The notes beneath the pieces were generated by a model that was given only the letters and a program-made list of their open reading frames with translations, had not been told where the DNA came from and made no database searches. A stretch of DNA of 39,869 nt from an uncultured Fibrobacterota bacterium. GTDB taxonomy: Bacteria > Fibrobacterota > Chitinivibrionia > Chitinivibrionales > CAZJJT01. The stretch spans positions 1 through 39,869 of the forward strand of contig CAZJJT010000002.1 of NCBI GenBank assembly GCA_964546395.1, written 5' to 3'. Below, one piece after another: positions 23,764 to 32,183 of the stretch; within the stretch, counting starts at the first letter, position 1; each line of letters opens with the position of its first letter. Made by a program: the position numbers and the translations under genes.

Positions 23764-25508
23764 ACGCGAGCAGGGCAGGCCGCCTGTGGTGCGCAGTTGC
23801 CATTGCAGCGGCGGCGCGTTGTGCGCACCAGGTTTCTCCCGGTGGTGGGCCCGCGGATCTTACGGCGCCAAAAGTGGTTACAGCGGTGCCGGACAGGGGC
23901 GCCCGACTGGTTGCACGTGACAGTCGGATCGAGGTCACGTTCTCGGAATGGATTGCGGGACAGAACGCCGACAAGGTGGTCACGGTGTTCCCGCCCCCGC
24001 CCGGTGGCTATGAGACACGTGTCAGCGGCAAGACACTCACAATTGACCCGCGCGATTCGCTTGCCGATTCGACCACGTACCATGTCGAGATTACCACTGC
24101 CCTGAAAGACCTTCGGGGCAACTCCATCGGCACGCCGTACCGGCTGGTGTTCTCCACCGGCAGCAGCCTGGACAGCGGCGCGGTGGAAGGGTGCGTGGTG
24201 GATCCGGAGAAGCGGACACACCAGCCCAAGGTGGCGCTTGTACGCGTGGACTCGGGAGTGGCGGACCGTGCGTTGCTTGCGGGGCTGACCTACCTTGCAC
24301 AGACCGACAGTGGCGGCGTGTTTGCGCTGGAGCATGTCAGGCCGGGGAGTTACGAGCTGTTCGCGTTTGACGATGTCAACGGGGACAGCCGGTTCCAGCC
24401 CGGGCGCGAACAGGCCTATGCGGGCGAGGGGCGGCAGGTGAGTGTGTCGGGAACGCGCGTGCGGGTGGCGCTGTACCCGGTTGCCAGTGACACAACCACG
24501 CGCCGGATAACCTCGTGCACGCCGCTGAGCGACCGCACGCTGAGCGGCACGTGGAACCGTCCGCCGTTGATGTCACGGTCGCCCGAACGCCCCTCGCTTC
24601 GGGTTGTCCCGGCCGACAGCAGCGGTACCGCACCTTCCGTGGTGCACTATGTGCCGCGTGCGGGAGGGCGGGAATTCGCGGTGGCGCTTTCGGAGCCACT
24701 GGCACTCGTGCCCTACTGGTTGTGTTTCGAGCTGGAGCCCGCACTTCCGCTGGGTGATTCGGTCTCGCGGGTGGACTCGGTGCGGTTCAACGGAAGCACA
24801 GCGGCCGACACCGCCGCCCCGCGTCTGCTCTCACCCGCACGTATTGCCAACGTCGAACTCGAGCCGCGTATCCGCCTGGCGTGGTCGGAGCCGGTGCGGT
24901 GCACGGTGCGCTGGCTGACACTGGAGGATTCGCTGGGCGGGCCCGTGAAGCTCAGCGTGGACACGGGGTTTGCCGATACGATGGTGCTCAGGCCCGCGCG
25001 ACGCCTGGCCCCCGGCCGCGCATACCGGCTGAGCGTGCCCGACAGCGCGTGTGTGGATCTGAGTGGGCTCTCGCCGGCCGACACGGTTGAGCGTGCGGTG
25101 CGCCTGGTAACCGTGGCGGCCGACAGCGTGTGCCTGTCACTCTCGGGGAGCGCACCGTGCCTGGGCAGCGACAAGCAGCGGACATGGGTGTATGTGCCGC
25201 TGCACGGCACCACTCGTCACCTCAGCCGCACGGGTGACCGGGTGTTCAGGTTCGATTCGATCCCCGGCAGCCTGGGGCGACTGGCGTGGTTTCTCGACCG
25301 CAACGGCGACGGGCTGGCGGGCCGGGGGCAGCTGGTCCCGTTTGTGCCGCCCGAACCGTACGTGCCGCTGTACGACACGGTGGAAGCGCGGGCGCGGTGG
25401 GATATCGAGGGTGTGGAAATGGGAGTGTGCGATATCTGTGAGCGGGGCCAGGTCCCGCGCGCTCCCGACACTGTCGCGGTTTCCGGGCCGGACACACTCC
25501 CGGAATGA
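23760..25508 (+). CDS. Secreted/possibly lipid-anchored SbsA-Ig (Big_5)-like domain protein
   Basis: ATG 23760 overlaps the GH3 stop (ATGA at 23760-23763). The N-terminus is MNASRAGRLWCAVAIAAAARC. The segment TAPKVVTAVPDRGARLVARDSRIEVTFSEWI...TLTIDPRDSLADSTTYHVEITTALKDLRGNSIG matches the Big_5 pattern. The rest is a beta-rich repeat-like region. The lipobox is non-canonical. Confidence 0.7.
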   Translation: MNASRAGRLWCAVAIAAAARCAHQVSPGGGPADLTAPKVVTAVPDRGARLVARDSRIEVTFSEWIAGQNADKVVTVFPPPPGGYETRVSGKTLTIDPRDSLADSTTYHVEITTALKDLRGNSIGTPYRLVFSTGSSLDSGAVEGCVVDPEKRTHQPKVALVRVDSGVADRALLAGLTYLAQTDSGGVFALEHVRPGSYELFAFDDVNGDSRFQPGREQAYAGEGRQVSVSGTRVRVALYPVASDTTTRRITSCTPLSDRTLSGTWNRPPLMSRSPERPSLRVVPADSSGTAPSVVHYVPRAGGREFAVALSEPLALVPYWLCFELEPALPLGDSVSRVDSVRFNGSTAADTAAPRLLSPARIANVELEPRIRLAWSEPVRCTVRWLTLEDSLGGPVKLSVDTGFADTMVLRPARRLAPGRAYRLSVPDSACVDLSGLSPADTVERAVRLVTVAADSVCLSLSGSAPCLGSDKQRTWVYVPLHGTTRHLSRTGDRVFRFDSIPGSLGRLAWFLDRNGDGLAGRGQLVPFVPPEPYVPLYDTVEARARWDIEGVEMGVCDICERGQVPRAPDTVAVSGPDTLPE

Positions 25509-25569
25509 TATTTTCGGGCTTCTCTGAGCAATACGCGGCGCATGCGCGCCGGGAAAGACGAGTGGTGGG

Positions 25570-27060
25570 ATGAGCGAGAACGAGAGCATGCCGGTCTTCG
25601 AGGAAGAAAATGAGGGCAAGGCTGAGCAGCAGGAACTGCTCGCCATGATCGACCAGCATGGTGCTCAGCCCGAGCGCATGGAACTGAAAGCCGGCGGGCG
25701 GGTCAAGGCGACAGTGGTCAGGATCGGCGATGACACCGTCAGTTTCGACATCAACGGCAAGACGAGCGCGGTGATGAAGAAGCAGGAAGTGAGCATGCAG
25801 GACGGCACGCTGAAGGTGAAGGAGGGGGACACGATCGAGGCGTTTGTGGCGTCCACCGCCGGCGACTCAATCACGCTTACCATGCAGCTCTCCGGCGCCA
25901 GCCAGTCGAAAGCGGAGTTGCGGGCGGCCATGGAGGAGAGGCTGCCGGTGCAGGGCAAAGTGACCGGTATCAACAAGGGCGGCCTGCAGGTGAAAGTGAT
26001 GGGGACCACGGGTTTCTGCCCCGCCTCGCAGGTGGATATCAAGTTCGTGGAGGACCTGAACCCGTACCTGTCACGCTCGATGACGTTTGTGATCACGCGC
26101 ATGGAGGGCAAGCGTGTGGTGCTTTCGCGCATTCCGTTACTCGAGGGTGACGTGGAAGTGAAGCTGGACGAGCTGGCGGCGGAGGTGGAGAAGAAGACCG
26201 TGCGACGCGGCACCATCTCGCGCATCGCCGATTTCGGGCTTTTCATCGATACCGGGAGCGGTGTGGACGGTCTGGCGCATATCTCGGAGGTATCGTGGGC
26301 AAGGGCCGACAACCTCAAAGACAACTTCACCGTGGGCCAGGAAGTCGACTATGTGGTGCTGGGTGTGGAGCGGAAGGAACCGTTGCGCAACTCCAAGATA
26401 TCGCTGTCGCTGAAGCAGGCGATGGAGGACCCATGGACGACTGCGGCGGACCGCTACGCGGTTGGCGCGCAGCTGAGTGGTGTGATTACCCGCTGTGCGC
26501 CGTTTGGCGCGTTCGTGCAGCTCGAGCCGGGTATCGAGGGGCTCATACACATCTCGGAGCTGACCTGGGACCAGAAGGTGCGCAAGGCCGAAGATGTGGT
26601 GAAGCCGGGACAGGAAGTGAACGTGAGTGTGCTGTCGATCGACACGGCGGCCCGCAAGATCGGGTGCAGTCTGAAGAATGCCGAGGCCGACCCGTGGAAA
26701 ACGGTGCCGCAGGAGTTCCCGCTGGGTTCGGTGGTCAAGGGCAAAGTGGCCTCGAAGCAGAAATACGGGTATTTCGTCGACCTGAACGAGCTGGTGACCG
26801 GTCTGCTGGCGATCCCCAACATCGCTCCTGACAAGCGCAACGCGATAAAGCCGGGCGAGGAGATCGAAGTATCGGTGGTGGGTCTTGACCTGGAGCGGCG
26901 CCGCATCTCGCTTGCGTACGGTGTCGAAAGCGCCGAGGCGGACAGCAAAGCGGCCCAGGAGTACCATCAGCAGGTAGAAGCATCGAAGGCGGCGCAACCG
27001 GACTCGTCGGGGTCGGAATTCGGCGAGGCGCTGAAAGCAGCACTGGCGAAGAAGAAATAG
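25570..27060 (+). CDS. rpsA: 30S ribosomal protein S1 (five S1 RNA-binding domains)
   Basis: 496 aa with ATG 25570. There are five S1/OB motifs, e.g. GRVKATVVRIGDDTVSFDI, VQGKVTGINKGGLQVKV, RRGTISRIADFGLFIDTGSGVDGLAHISEVSW, LSGVITRCAPFGAFVQLEPGIEGLIHISELTW and VKGKVASKQKYGYFVDL. It is shorter than the 6-domain proteobacterial S1, so orthology versus a paralogue is not certain. Confidence 0.8.
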   Translation: MSENESMPVFEEENEGKAEQQELLAMIDQHGAQPERMELKAGGRVKATVVRIGDDTVSFDINGKTSAVMKKQEVSMQDGTLKVKEGDTIEAFVASTAGDSITLTMQLSGASQSKAELRAAMEERLPVQGKVTGINKGGLQVKVMGTTGFCPASQVDIKFVEDLNPYLSRSMTFVITRMEGKRVVLSRIPLLEGDVEVKLDELAAEVEKKTVRRGTISRIADFGLFIDTGSGVDGLAHISEVSWARADNLKDNFTVGQEVDYVVLGVERKEPLRNSKISLSLKQAMEDPWTTAADRYAVGAQLSGVITRCAPFGAFVQLEPGIEGLIHISELTWDQKVRKAEDVVKPGQEVNVSVLSIDTAARKIGCSLKNAEADPWKTVPQEFPLGSVVKGKVASKQKYGYFVDLNELVTGLLAIPNIAPDKRNAIKPGEEIEVSVVGLDLERRRISLAYGVESAEADSKAAQEYHQQVEASKAAQPDSSGSEFGEALKAALAKKK

Positions 27061-27074
27061 GCGGAGGTGCCGGG

Positions 27075-28055
27075 GTGAAAGTACTGGTTATCGGCGGAGC
27101 AGGCTACATCGGCAGCCACGTGGCACGGGCGCTGCTGGACCACGGGCACGAAGTTACCGTGTACGACAACCTGTCGCACGGGTCGCGTGAAGCGCTGTGT
27201 GACGAGGCGCGGTTCGTGGAAGCGGACGTGCTGGACGGGGACACGCTGGGGCGCACCATGCAGGCGGGCTGTGACGCGCTGGTGTACCTGGCCGCGTTCA
27301 AGGCGGCGGGCGAATCGATGATCAAACCCGAGAAGTACTCGGTGAACAATATCTGCGGCGCCGTGAGCCTGCTCAACGCAGCGAGCGACGCCGGCGTGCG
27401 GCGTATCGTGTTCTCTTCGTCGGCCGCGGTCTACGGCTCGCCCAAGTACCTCCCGATCGACGAGAAGCATCCCACCGAACCAGAGAATTACTACGGCTAC
27501 ACCAAGCTCGAGATCGAGCACATGCTCGGCTGGTACGACAAGCTCAAAGACATCCGCTACGCGGCGCTGCGGTATTTCAACGCAGCGGGCTACGACCCGC
27601 AGGGTCGGGTCACGAGTCTCGAGCGCGACCCGGCCAACCTGCTGCCGATCATCATGGAGGTCGCCGTGGGGATGCGGCCGGAGCTGCAGGTGTACGGCGA
27701 CGACTACTCGACGCGGGACGGGACCTGTATCCGTGACTACATTCACGTGAGCGACCTGGCCGAAGCGCATGTTGCGGCGCTGGCGGTAATTGACAAAGAG
27801 GATACGAGCCTGACAGTCAACCTGGGCAGTGAGACGGGCACGACGGTGCTGGAGATGCTCGACATCGCGCGGAAGATAACCGGCAGGGAGATCCCCTCGC
27901 GGGTGGTGCGACGGCGCGTGGGCGACCCGGCTGAGTTGTATGCGACCTCGCGGACTGCCAGGGACCGGCTGAACTGGTCGGCGACACGCAGCAGCGTGGA
28001 GTCGCTGGTCGAGAGCACCTGGAAGGTGTACCTCAAGAAGTACCACGCAGCGTAG
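27075..28055 (+). CDS. galE: UDP-glucose 4-epimerase
   Basis: GTG start at 27075. MKVLVIGGAGYIGSHVARALLDHGHEVTVYDNLSHG is the GalE N-terminal Rossmann motif. YGYTKLEIE provides the YxxxK catalytic motif. FSSSAAVYG and RYFNAAG are also typical. Length is 326 aa. Confidence 0.9.
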   Translation: MKVLVIGGAGYIGSHVARALLDHGHEVTVYDNLSHGSREALCDEARFVEADVLDGDTLGRTMQAGCDALVYLAAFKAAGESMIKPEKYSVNNICGAVSLLNAASDAGVRRIVFSSSAAVYGSPKYLPIDEKHPTEPENYYGYTKLEIEHMLGWYDKLKDIRYAALRYFNAAGYDPQGRVTSLERDPANLLPIIMEVAVGMRPELQVYGDDYSTRDGTCIRDYIHVSDLAEAHVAALAVIDKEDTSLTVNLGSETGTTVLEMLDIARKITGREIPSRVVRRRVGDPAELYATSRTARDRLNWSATRSSVESLVESTWKVYLKKYHAA

Positions 28056-28090
28056 CACGCGCGGCAACTCCATGGCGGGGGGATCGGCAG

Positions 28091-31000
28091 ATGGCGGACT
28101 CGCGCGCACATCCCGATGAGCCCCAGTCGCACCGCGAACGGCCGGATCCCCAGCTCGAGCACACCCAGACCGACGAGACCAGCGAGCCCACGCCGCAGCA
28201 GTTCCTCGAGAGAACCAACACCGACCGGTCGGCCACCTCCGACCGCGATCGGACCGCGACTGCCACTATTACGAGTTTCGGCGATTCGCAGGTTGTTCCG
28301 GAACCGTTGCGCGCCGACCCCGCCCGCGCCGCGCGTCGCTACGAAATCCTGCAGCAGGTGGGCAAAGGCGCCACGAGCCGCGTGTACGCCATGCGTGACA
28401 ACAGTCTCGAACGCGAGATAGCGGTCAAGTTCCTGAGCGGCCGCAACCGTTCGAAAGAGAGTGTCGCCCAGCGGTTTCTCCACGAAGCGCGTGTGACCGC
28501 GGCACTGCAGCACCCCAATATCATGCCGGTGTACGATATCGGCGTATCGCCGAAGGGCGAATTGTTTTTCGCCATGAAGAAGATAGAGGGATGCTCGCTG
28601 GGTGAAGCGATTCGGGCGGCGAAGGAGGGGCGGCAGGTGCCGGAGGAGTTCGGCACCGTGGACGGGCGGGTGCGGGTGTTTCTGAAAGTGTGTGACGCGC
28701 TGGCGTACGCGCACGACAGCGGATTCATCCACCAGGATATCAAGCCCGACAATATCATGCTGGGCCGCTACGGTGAAGTGCTCCTGCTTGACTGGGGGAG
28801 CGCGATGCACCGGGAGGGCCCGCTCGAAGGAGTCGAGCGATCGCTGCTGGGCACGCCGGCGTACATGAGTCCCGAGCAGGCACGGCGGGAGCACGCGGAC
28901 GGGCGCAGCGACGTGTACTGCCTGGGTGCGACATTCTTTCACTCTCTGCTCCTGCGCCACCCCACGTGGGATGACGACCCGGAGCGGTTCTGGGACAAGA
29001 AGCGTGCGGGGCGTATCGACGTGCTGAGTGAGAGCGAGCGTCGGATGGTGCCGCGGGCGCTGCTGGGGATTGTGATGAAAGCGCTGGAACCCGACCCGGG
29101 CCGACGCTACCAGTCGGCGGCCGCGTTGGCCGAGGATCTGAAACGATGGCAGGCGGGCCAGGCCGTCAGTGCACACCGCGAGAGTGTGGTGGAGCGGTTC
29201 GTGCGCTGGTACCGGCACAACCGGCGGCTGTTCTGGGTGTCGGCAGGGCTGTCGACCGCGGTGTTTGCGATCGCGACACTGTTGCTGCACGAGAAGATCC
29301 AGGAGATGGTAACCTGGCGACGGTACGCCGTAGAGGATTTCTCGGGTACCACGACGGTCGAGTTGGCTCGCAACTGGAGAGCCGTAAGCTCCTACGATTG
29401 GCAGAACGCCGCACCCGTGGCACTCGGAGACAGCGGCAGCTGGCTGGTTGTGGACGGCGCGTTGCACGCGTCCGCGGACTGGGCTTACGAGAACATCGCG
29501 TACCGGCACCGGATCCCGGGTGACATTCGTGTCGAGTGGGATGTGACACCGGTGGTCGGTGACGGCAACGTCAACTGCTTCATCGCGGGTGACAACCGCT
29601 ACGGCGGGTACATGTTTCACGTGGGTGGGTTCAGCGATCCGTACTCGCTCAAGCTCGCCCGCATGCGCTCGGGCATGGTCGATGAAGCGCGGTTGCCGGA
29701 AGCCGTGGTGGTGGGCAGGACATACCGGATGCGCATGGAGAAGGAGGGGCGCGCGGTACGGCTGTACCTCAACGGCACGCGAGTGATGGAGTACCGGGAC
29801 GCCGATGATCTGCAGGGGGAGGGGCACCAGACGTTCGGGTTCGAGTGCAACTTCCACCGCCGCCAGATCATCGACAACATCCGCATCTACTACCACCCGC
29901 TCCCCCTCAAGGTCTCGCCGCTGGCCGCGGCCGACCAGTTCTACGAACTCGGGTACTACCGGGATGCGCTGTCGAAGTACCGAGAGCTTGCCGAGGTATA
30001 CGTGGGTAACGACGTGGGCCGGTTCGCGTGGTTCAGGTACGGACGGTGCCTGGCGAAGGTCGACAGTGTCGAGCGGGCACTGGAGGAGCTGCTGTTGTTC
30101 GAACGCGAGTACCCGCGCCACGAACTCGCCCCGTTCGCGTGCAACGAGCGTGCGCGTATTCTGGAGTCGCGCGGTGACACGGCCGCGGCAGAGGACGCGT
30201 ACCGCGAGCTGGCGATACGCTTCAAGGGGCATCCGATTCTCAGGAGCGCGTTTCTGGAGATGACTGCCGCCCGCACCACGGTGTTCAACGAGCTGGCCGG
30301 GACATGGATTGCCGATTCGGTCAGCACCCGGTTTGCCCCGCGGTGGGTGCAGCGTGAGTGCATGCGCATGGTTGCGCTGGCCCGGGTGTTCGGGGTTGAT
30401 CCCGACGCAAACGAGTTCCTGGGGCGCGGCGTGGGTTCGCTGTTCGGGGCAGGCGAGATCACACTTGCCGAGCTGCGTACCACGTACCCGGAACTGCGCA
30501 CGTACCGGGCCACCCTTCTGCACTCGCTCGGCGACTACGAAGCAGTGCTCGACAGCTTCCAGGATGTCACACAGGCGGTGCACGCCGCACTGCTCAGCGT
30601 CGGTGAGTACCGCCAGGCACTCGACCAGGAGGAACTGGCGGCCGGCCGGCAGGCGTCGGCACTGCTCACACTGGGGCGCTACCGTGAGGTGGTGGAGGAG
30701 TTTCCTGCTGAAGGGGCCCAGCGGCGCGACGCGCTGCTGGCACTGGGCCGGTTCGAGGATGCGATACAGGAGTACAGTGACGAGGAGGTCTACAACGCCG
30801 CCAGGGCGCGCGGCCGACTGAAAGAGGTGTACGATAGCCCGACAGTGACCGGCGCCGCCAGAGCACGTCTGTTTATCCACCAGCTCCATCGCTCCGACAG
30901 CGCGCTGGCCATTATGGAAGCACAGACCCGCAAGACCGTGTCCGACCAGGTGACCGAACTGCAGGCCAGACTGTACTTCAATGGTGAGGAGCAGGTGCTG

Positions 31001-32140
31001 AAGCTGGCATCGGGCAATCCTGACATGGTGGCGGTGTGCGGGGAAGCACTCAGGCGGCTGGGCAGACTGGATGAATGCCTTGCGCGCTACCCGCGCTACG
31101 CCGCGAACGTGATCCCCGCACTTCGCGACAAGGGAGAGTACGAGTCGATTCTGCGGCTGTACCCCGAACGTGTCGGCGATTGCATCGGTGTACTGTGGCG
31201 AATGGCCCGTTGGGACGAACTCGCGCGATATGCCCCGCGGCGCAAGCCCCTCCAGGCGGACCTGTACCTGTGGAACGGCGAGTACGAGAGGGTGTTGGTG
31301 GAGTGTCCCGATGAGCGCTACTCTTGCGCAGTTGCGCTCTACCGCCTCGGGCGCGACGAGGAGCTGCTGGCACAGTACCCGCACCAGCGTGACGTGTGCG
31401 CGGCCGCATTGCTCCGGCAGGGCAAGCGGGTAGAGGCACTCGAGCGCTACCCCGATTGCCGCGGCACGTGCGCCTGGCAACTGTTTGAGAAGGGCGCCTA
31501 CGACTCGGTTGTGCAGCAGTTCCCCGACCAGACCACCGCGCGCTCATGGGCGCTGGCCGAACTCGGCAGGTACAGCCAGATCCCGGTCGACACCGGATTC
31601 GTTCTGCTCTCGTACGCTGAGATCGCCAATGTTCTGTACCTCCGGGCGATGAGGGAGTGGGACAACAGTGTGGTGCGCAGAGTCGACAGCCTGGTGGCTG
31701 CGGCGAACCGTATCCATCGCTCGCAAGTCGACATGCAGTACCGGTTCGCCCGGTTCCTCCTCGCCCCGGCACTGCACGCGCTTGCGGGTGACACCGCGGC
31801 CCTGCTCACCGCATGCCAGCGCCTCTGCGGGGGCGACAAGTACCACTATGCACAGCAGCTCTGGTACGAAGCGGCGTGGCTCGCCGGGAGAATCAACGAC
31901 AGTGATTTCCTCGCACAGCCGTTCCGGCTCGATGCCGGGCAGCGGCTCGGCCTGCTGAAGGCAATCCGTCATGATGTTGCCGGCCGCGCTACGGAGGCGG
32001 TAGCAGGATACCGGCAGGTGCTGGCGGCCAACAACGCGCGCGATTTCCTCAAGTGGCCGGAGAGCAGCGCCCCTCTGTGTGAGCACGTAGCGGTGGTCCG
32101 GTTCGTGCAGAGGCGGTTGGAGAAGCTGGGAAAGGGGTAG
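28091..32140 (+). CDS. Transmembrane Hanks-type Ser/Thr protein kinase with predicted extracytoplasmic concanavalin/DUF1080-like jelly-roll domain and a long helical-repeat region
   Basis: ATG 28091. The first ~80 aa are a low-complexity acidic/polar N-terminus. The kinase domain spans about 28340-29150 (GKGATSRVY, IAVKFL, HQDIKPDN at 28730-, DWG at 28790-28798, TPAYMSPEQ). The TM helix is LFWVSAGLSTAVFAIATLLL (about 29230-29292). The jelly-roll spans about 29327-29893 (DIRVEWDV...GYMFHVGG...YRMRMEKEGRAVRLYLNGTRV...IDNIRIYY). TPR-like helices and the repeat array follow. Confidence 0.9.
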   Translation: MADSRAHPDEPQSHRERPDPQLEHTQTDETSEPTPQQFLERTNTDRSATSDRDRTATATITSFGDSQVVPEPLRADPARAARRYEILQQVGKGATSRVYAMRDNSLEREIAVKFLSGRNRSKESVAQRFLHEARVTAALQHPNIMPVYDIGVSPKGELFFAMKKIEGCSLGEAIRAAKEGRQVPEEFGTVDGRVRVFLKVCDALAYAHDSGFIHQDIKPDNIMLGRYGEVLLLDWGSAMHREGPLEGVERSLLGTPAYMSPEQARREHADGRSDVYCLGATFFHSLLLRHPTWDDDPERFWDKKRAGRIDVLSESERRMVPRALLGIVMKALEPDPGRRYQSAAALAEDLKRWQAGQAVSAHRESVVERFVRWYRHNRRLFWVSAGLSTAVFAIATLLLHEKIQEMVTWRRYAVEDFSGTTTVELARNWRAVSSYDWQNAAPVALGDSGSWLVVDGALHASADWAYENIAYRHRIPGDIRVEWDVTPVVGDGNVNCFIAGDNRYGGYMFHVGGFSDPYSLKLARMRSGMVDEARLPEAVVVGRTYRMRMEKEGRAVRLYLNGTRVMEYRDADDLQGEGHQTFGFECNFHRRQIIDNIRIYYHPLPLKVSPLAAADQFYELGYYRDALSKYRELAEVYVGNDVGRFAWFRYGRCLAKVDSVERALEELLLFEREYPRHELAPFACNERARILESRGDTAAAEDAYRELAIRFKGHPILRSAFLEMTAARTTVFNELAGTWIADSVSTRFAPRWVQRECMRMVALARVFGVDPDANEFLGRGVGSLFGAGEITLAELRTTYPELRTYRATLLHSLGDYEAVLDSFQDVTQAVHAALLSVGEYRQALDQEELAAGRQASALLTLGRYREVVEEFPAEGAQRRDALLALGRFEDAIQEYSDEEVYNAARARGRLKEVYDSPTVTGAARARLFIHQLHRSDSALAIMEAQTRKTVSDQVTELQARLYFNGEEQVLKLASGNPDMVAVCGEALRRLGRLDECLARYPRYAANVIPALRDKGEYESILRLYPERVGDCIGVLWRMARWDELARYAPRRKPLQADLYLWNGEYERVLVECPDERYSCAVALYRLGRDEELLAQYPHQRDVCAAALLRQGKRVEALERYPDCRGTCAWQLFEKGAYDSVVQQFPDQTTARSWALAELGRYSQIPVDTGFVLLSYAEIANVLYLRAMREWDNSVVRRVDSLVAAANRIHRSQVDMQYRFARFLLAPALHALAGDTAALLTACQRLCGGDKYHYAQQLWYEAAWLAGRINDSDFLAQPFRLDAGQRLGLLKAIRHDVAGRATEAVAGYRQVLAANNARDFLKWPESSAPLCEHVAVVRFVQRRLEKLGKG
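30482..31600 (+). repeat. Protein-level tandem array of about 15 copies of a ~23-25-residue helical repeat inside the kinase gene
   Basis: Consecutive units read from the translation:
RQASALLTLGRYREVVEEFPAEGAQ
RRDALLALGRFEDAIQEYSDEEV
VCGEALRRLGRLDECLARYPRYAAN
VIPALRDKGEYESILRLYPERVGD
CIGVLWRMARWDELARYAPRRKPLQ
ADLYLWNGEYERVLVECPDERYS
CAVALYRLGRDEELLAQYPHQRDV
CAAALLRQGKRVEALERYPDCRGT
CAWQLFEKGAYDSVVQQFPDQTTA
RSWALAELGRYSQIP
The consensus is roughly [C/R]-a-x-A-L-x-x-L-G-R-x-x-E-x-L-x-x-Y-P-x(5). The nucleotide copies are diverged, so there is no DNA-level repeat. Confidence 0.6.
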
Positions 32141-32183
32141 AGGACGTAAGACGCAGGATATGGGGGGGCCTCTCGTCTGTGTC

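Noticed and set aside
27743-31480. 1245-aa ORF antisense to the kinase gene (and to part of galE); looks like a giant overlapping gene
   Set aside because: Its codons are exactly phase-aligned with the sense codons of the kinase: both occupy positions congruent to 2 mod 3. In that antisense frame, stops arise only from sense TTA/CTA/TCA codons, which are rare in a GC-rich genome, so long open shadows are expected. The translation is Arg/Pro/Ala/Gly-rich with no recognisable domain and no RBS.
28091-32140. Kinase plus helical-repeat giant protein as a STAND-like or defence sensor
   Set aside because: No P-loop/NACHT/NB-ARC motif (GxxxxGK[ST]) or effector nuclease/TIR-type domain is visible. 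The architecture fits a membrane receptor kinase instead.
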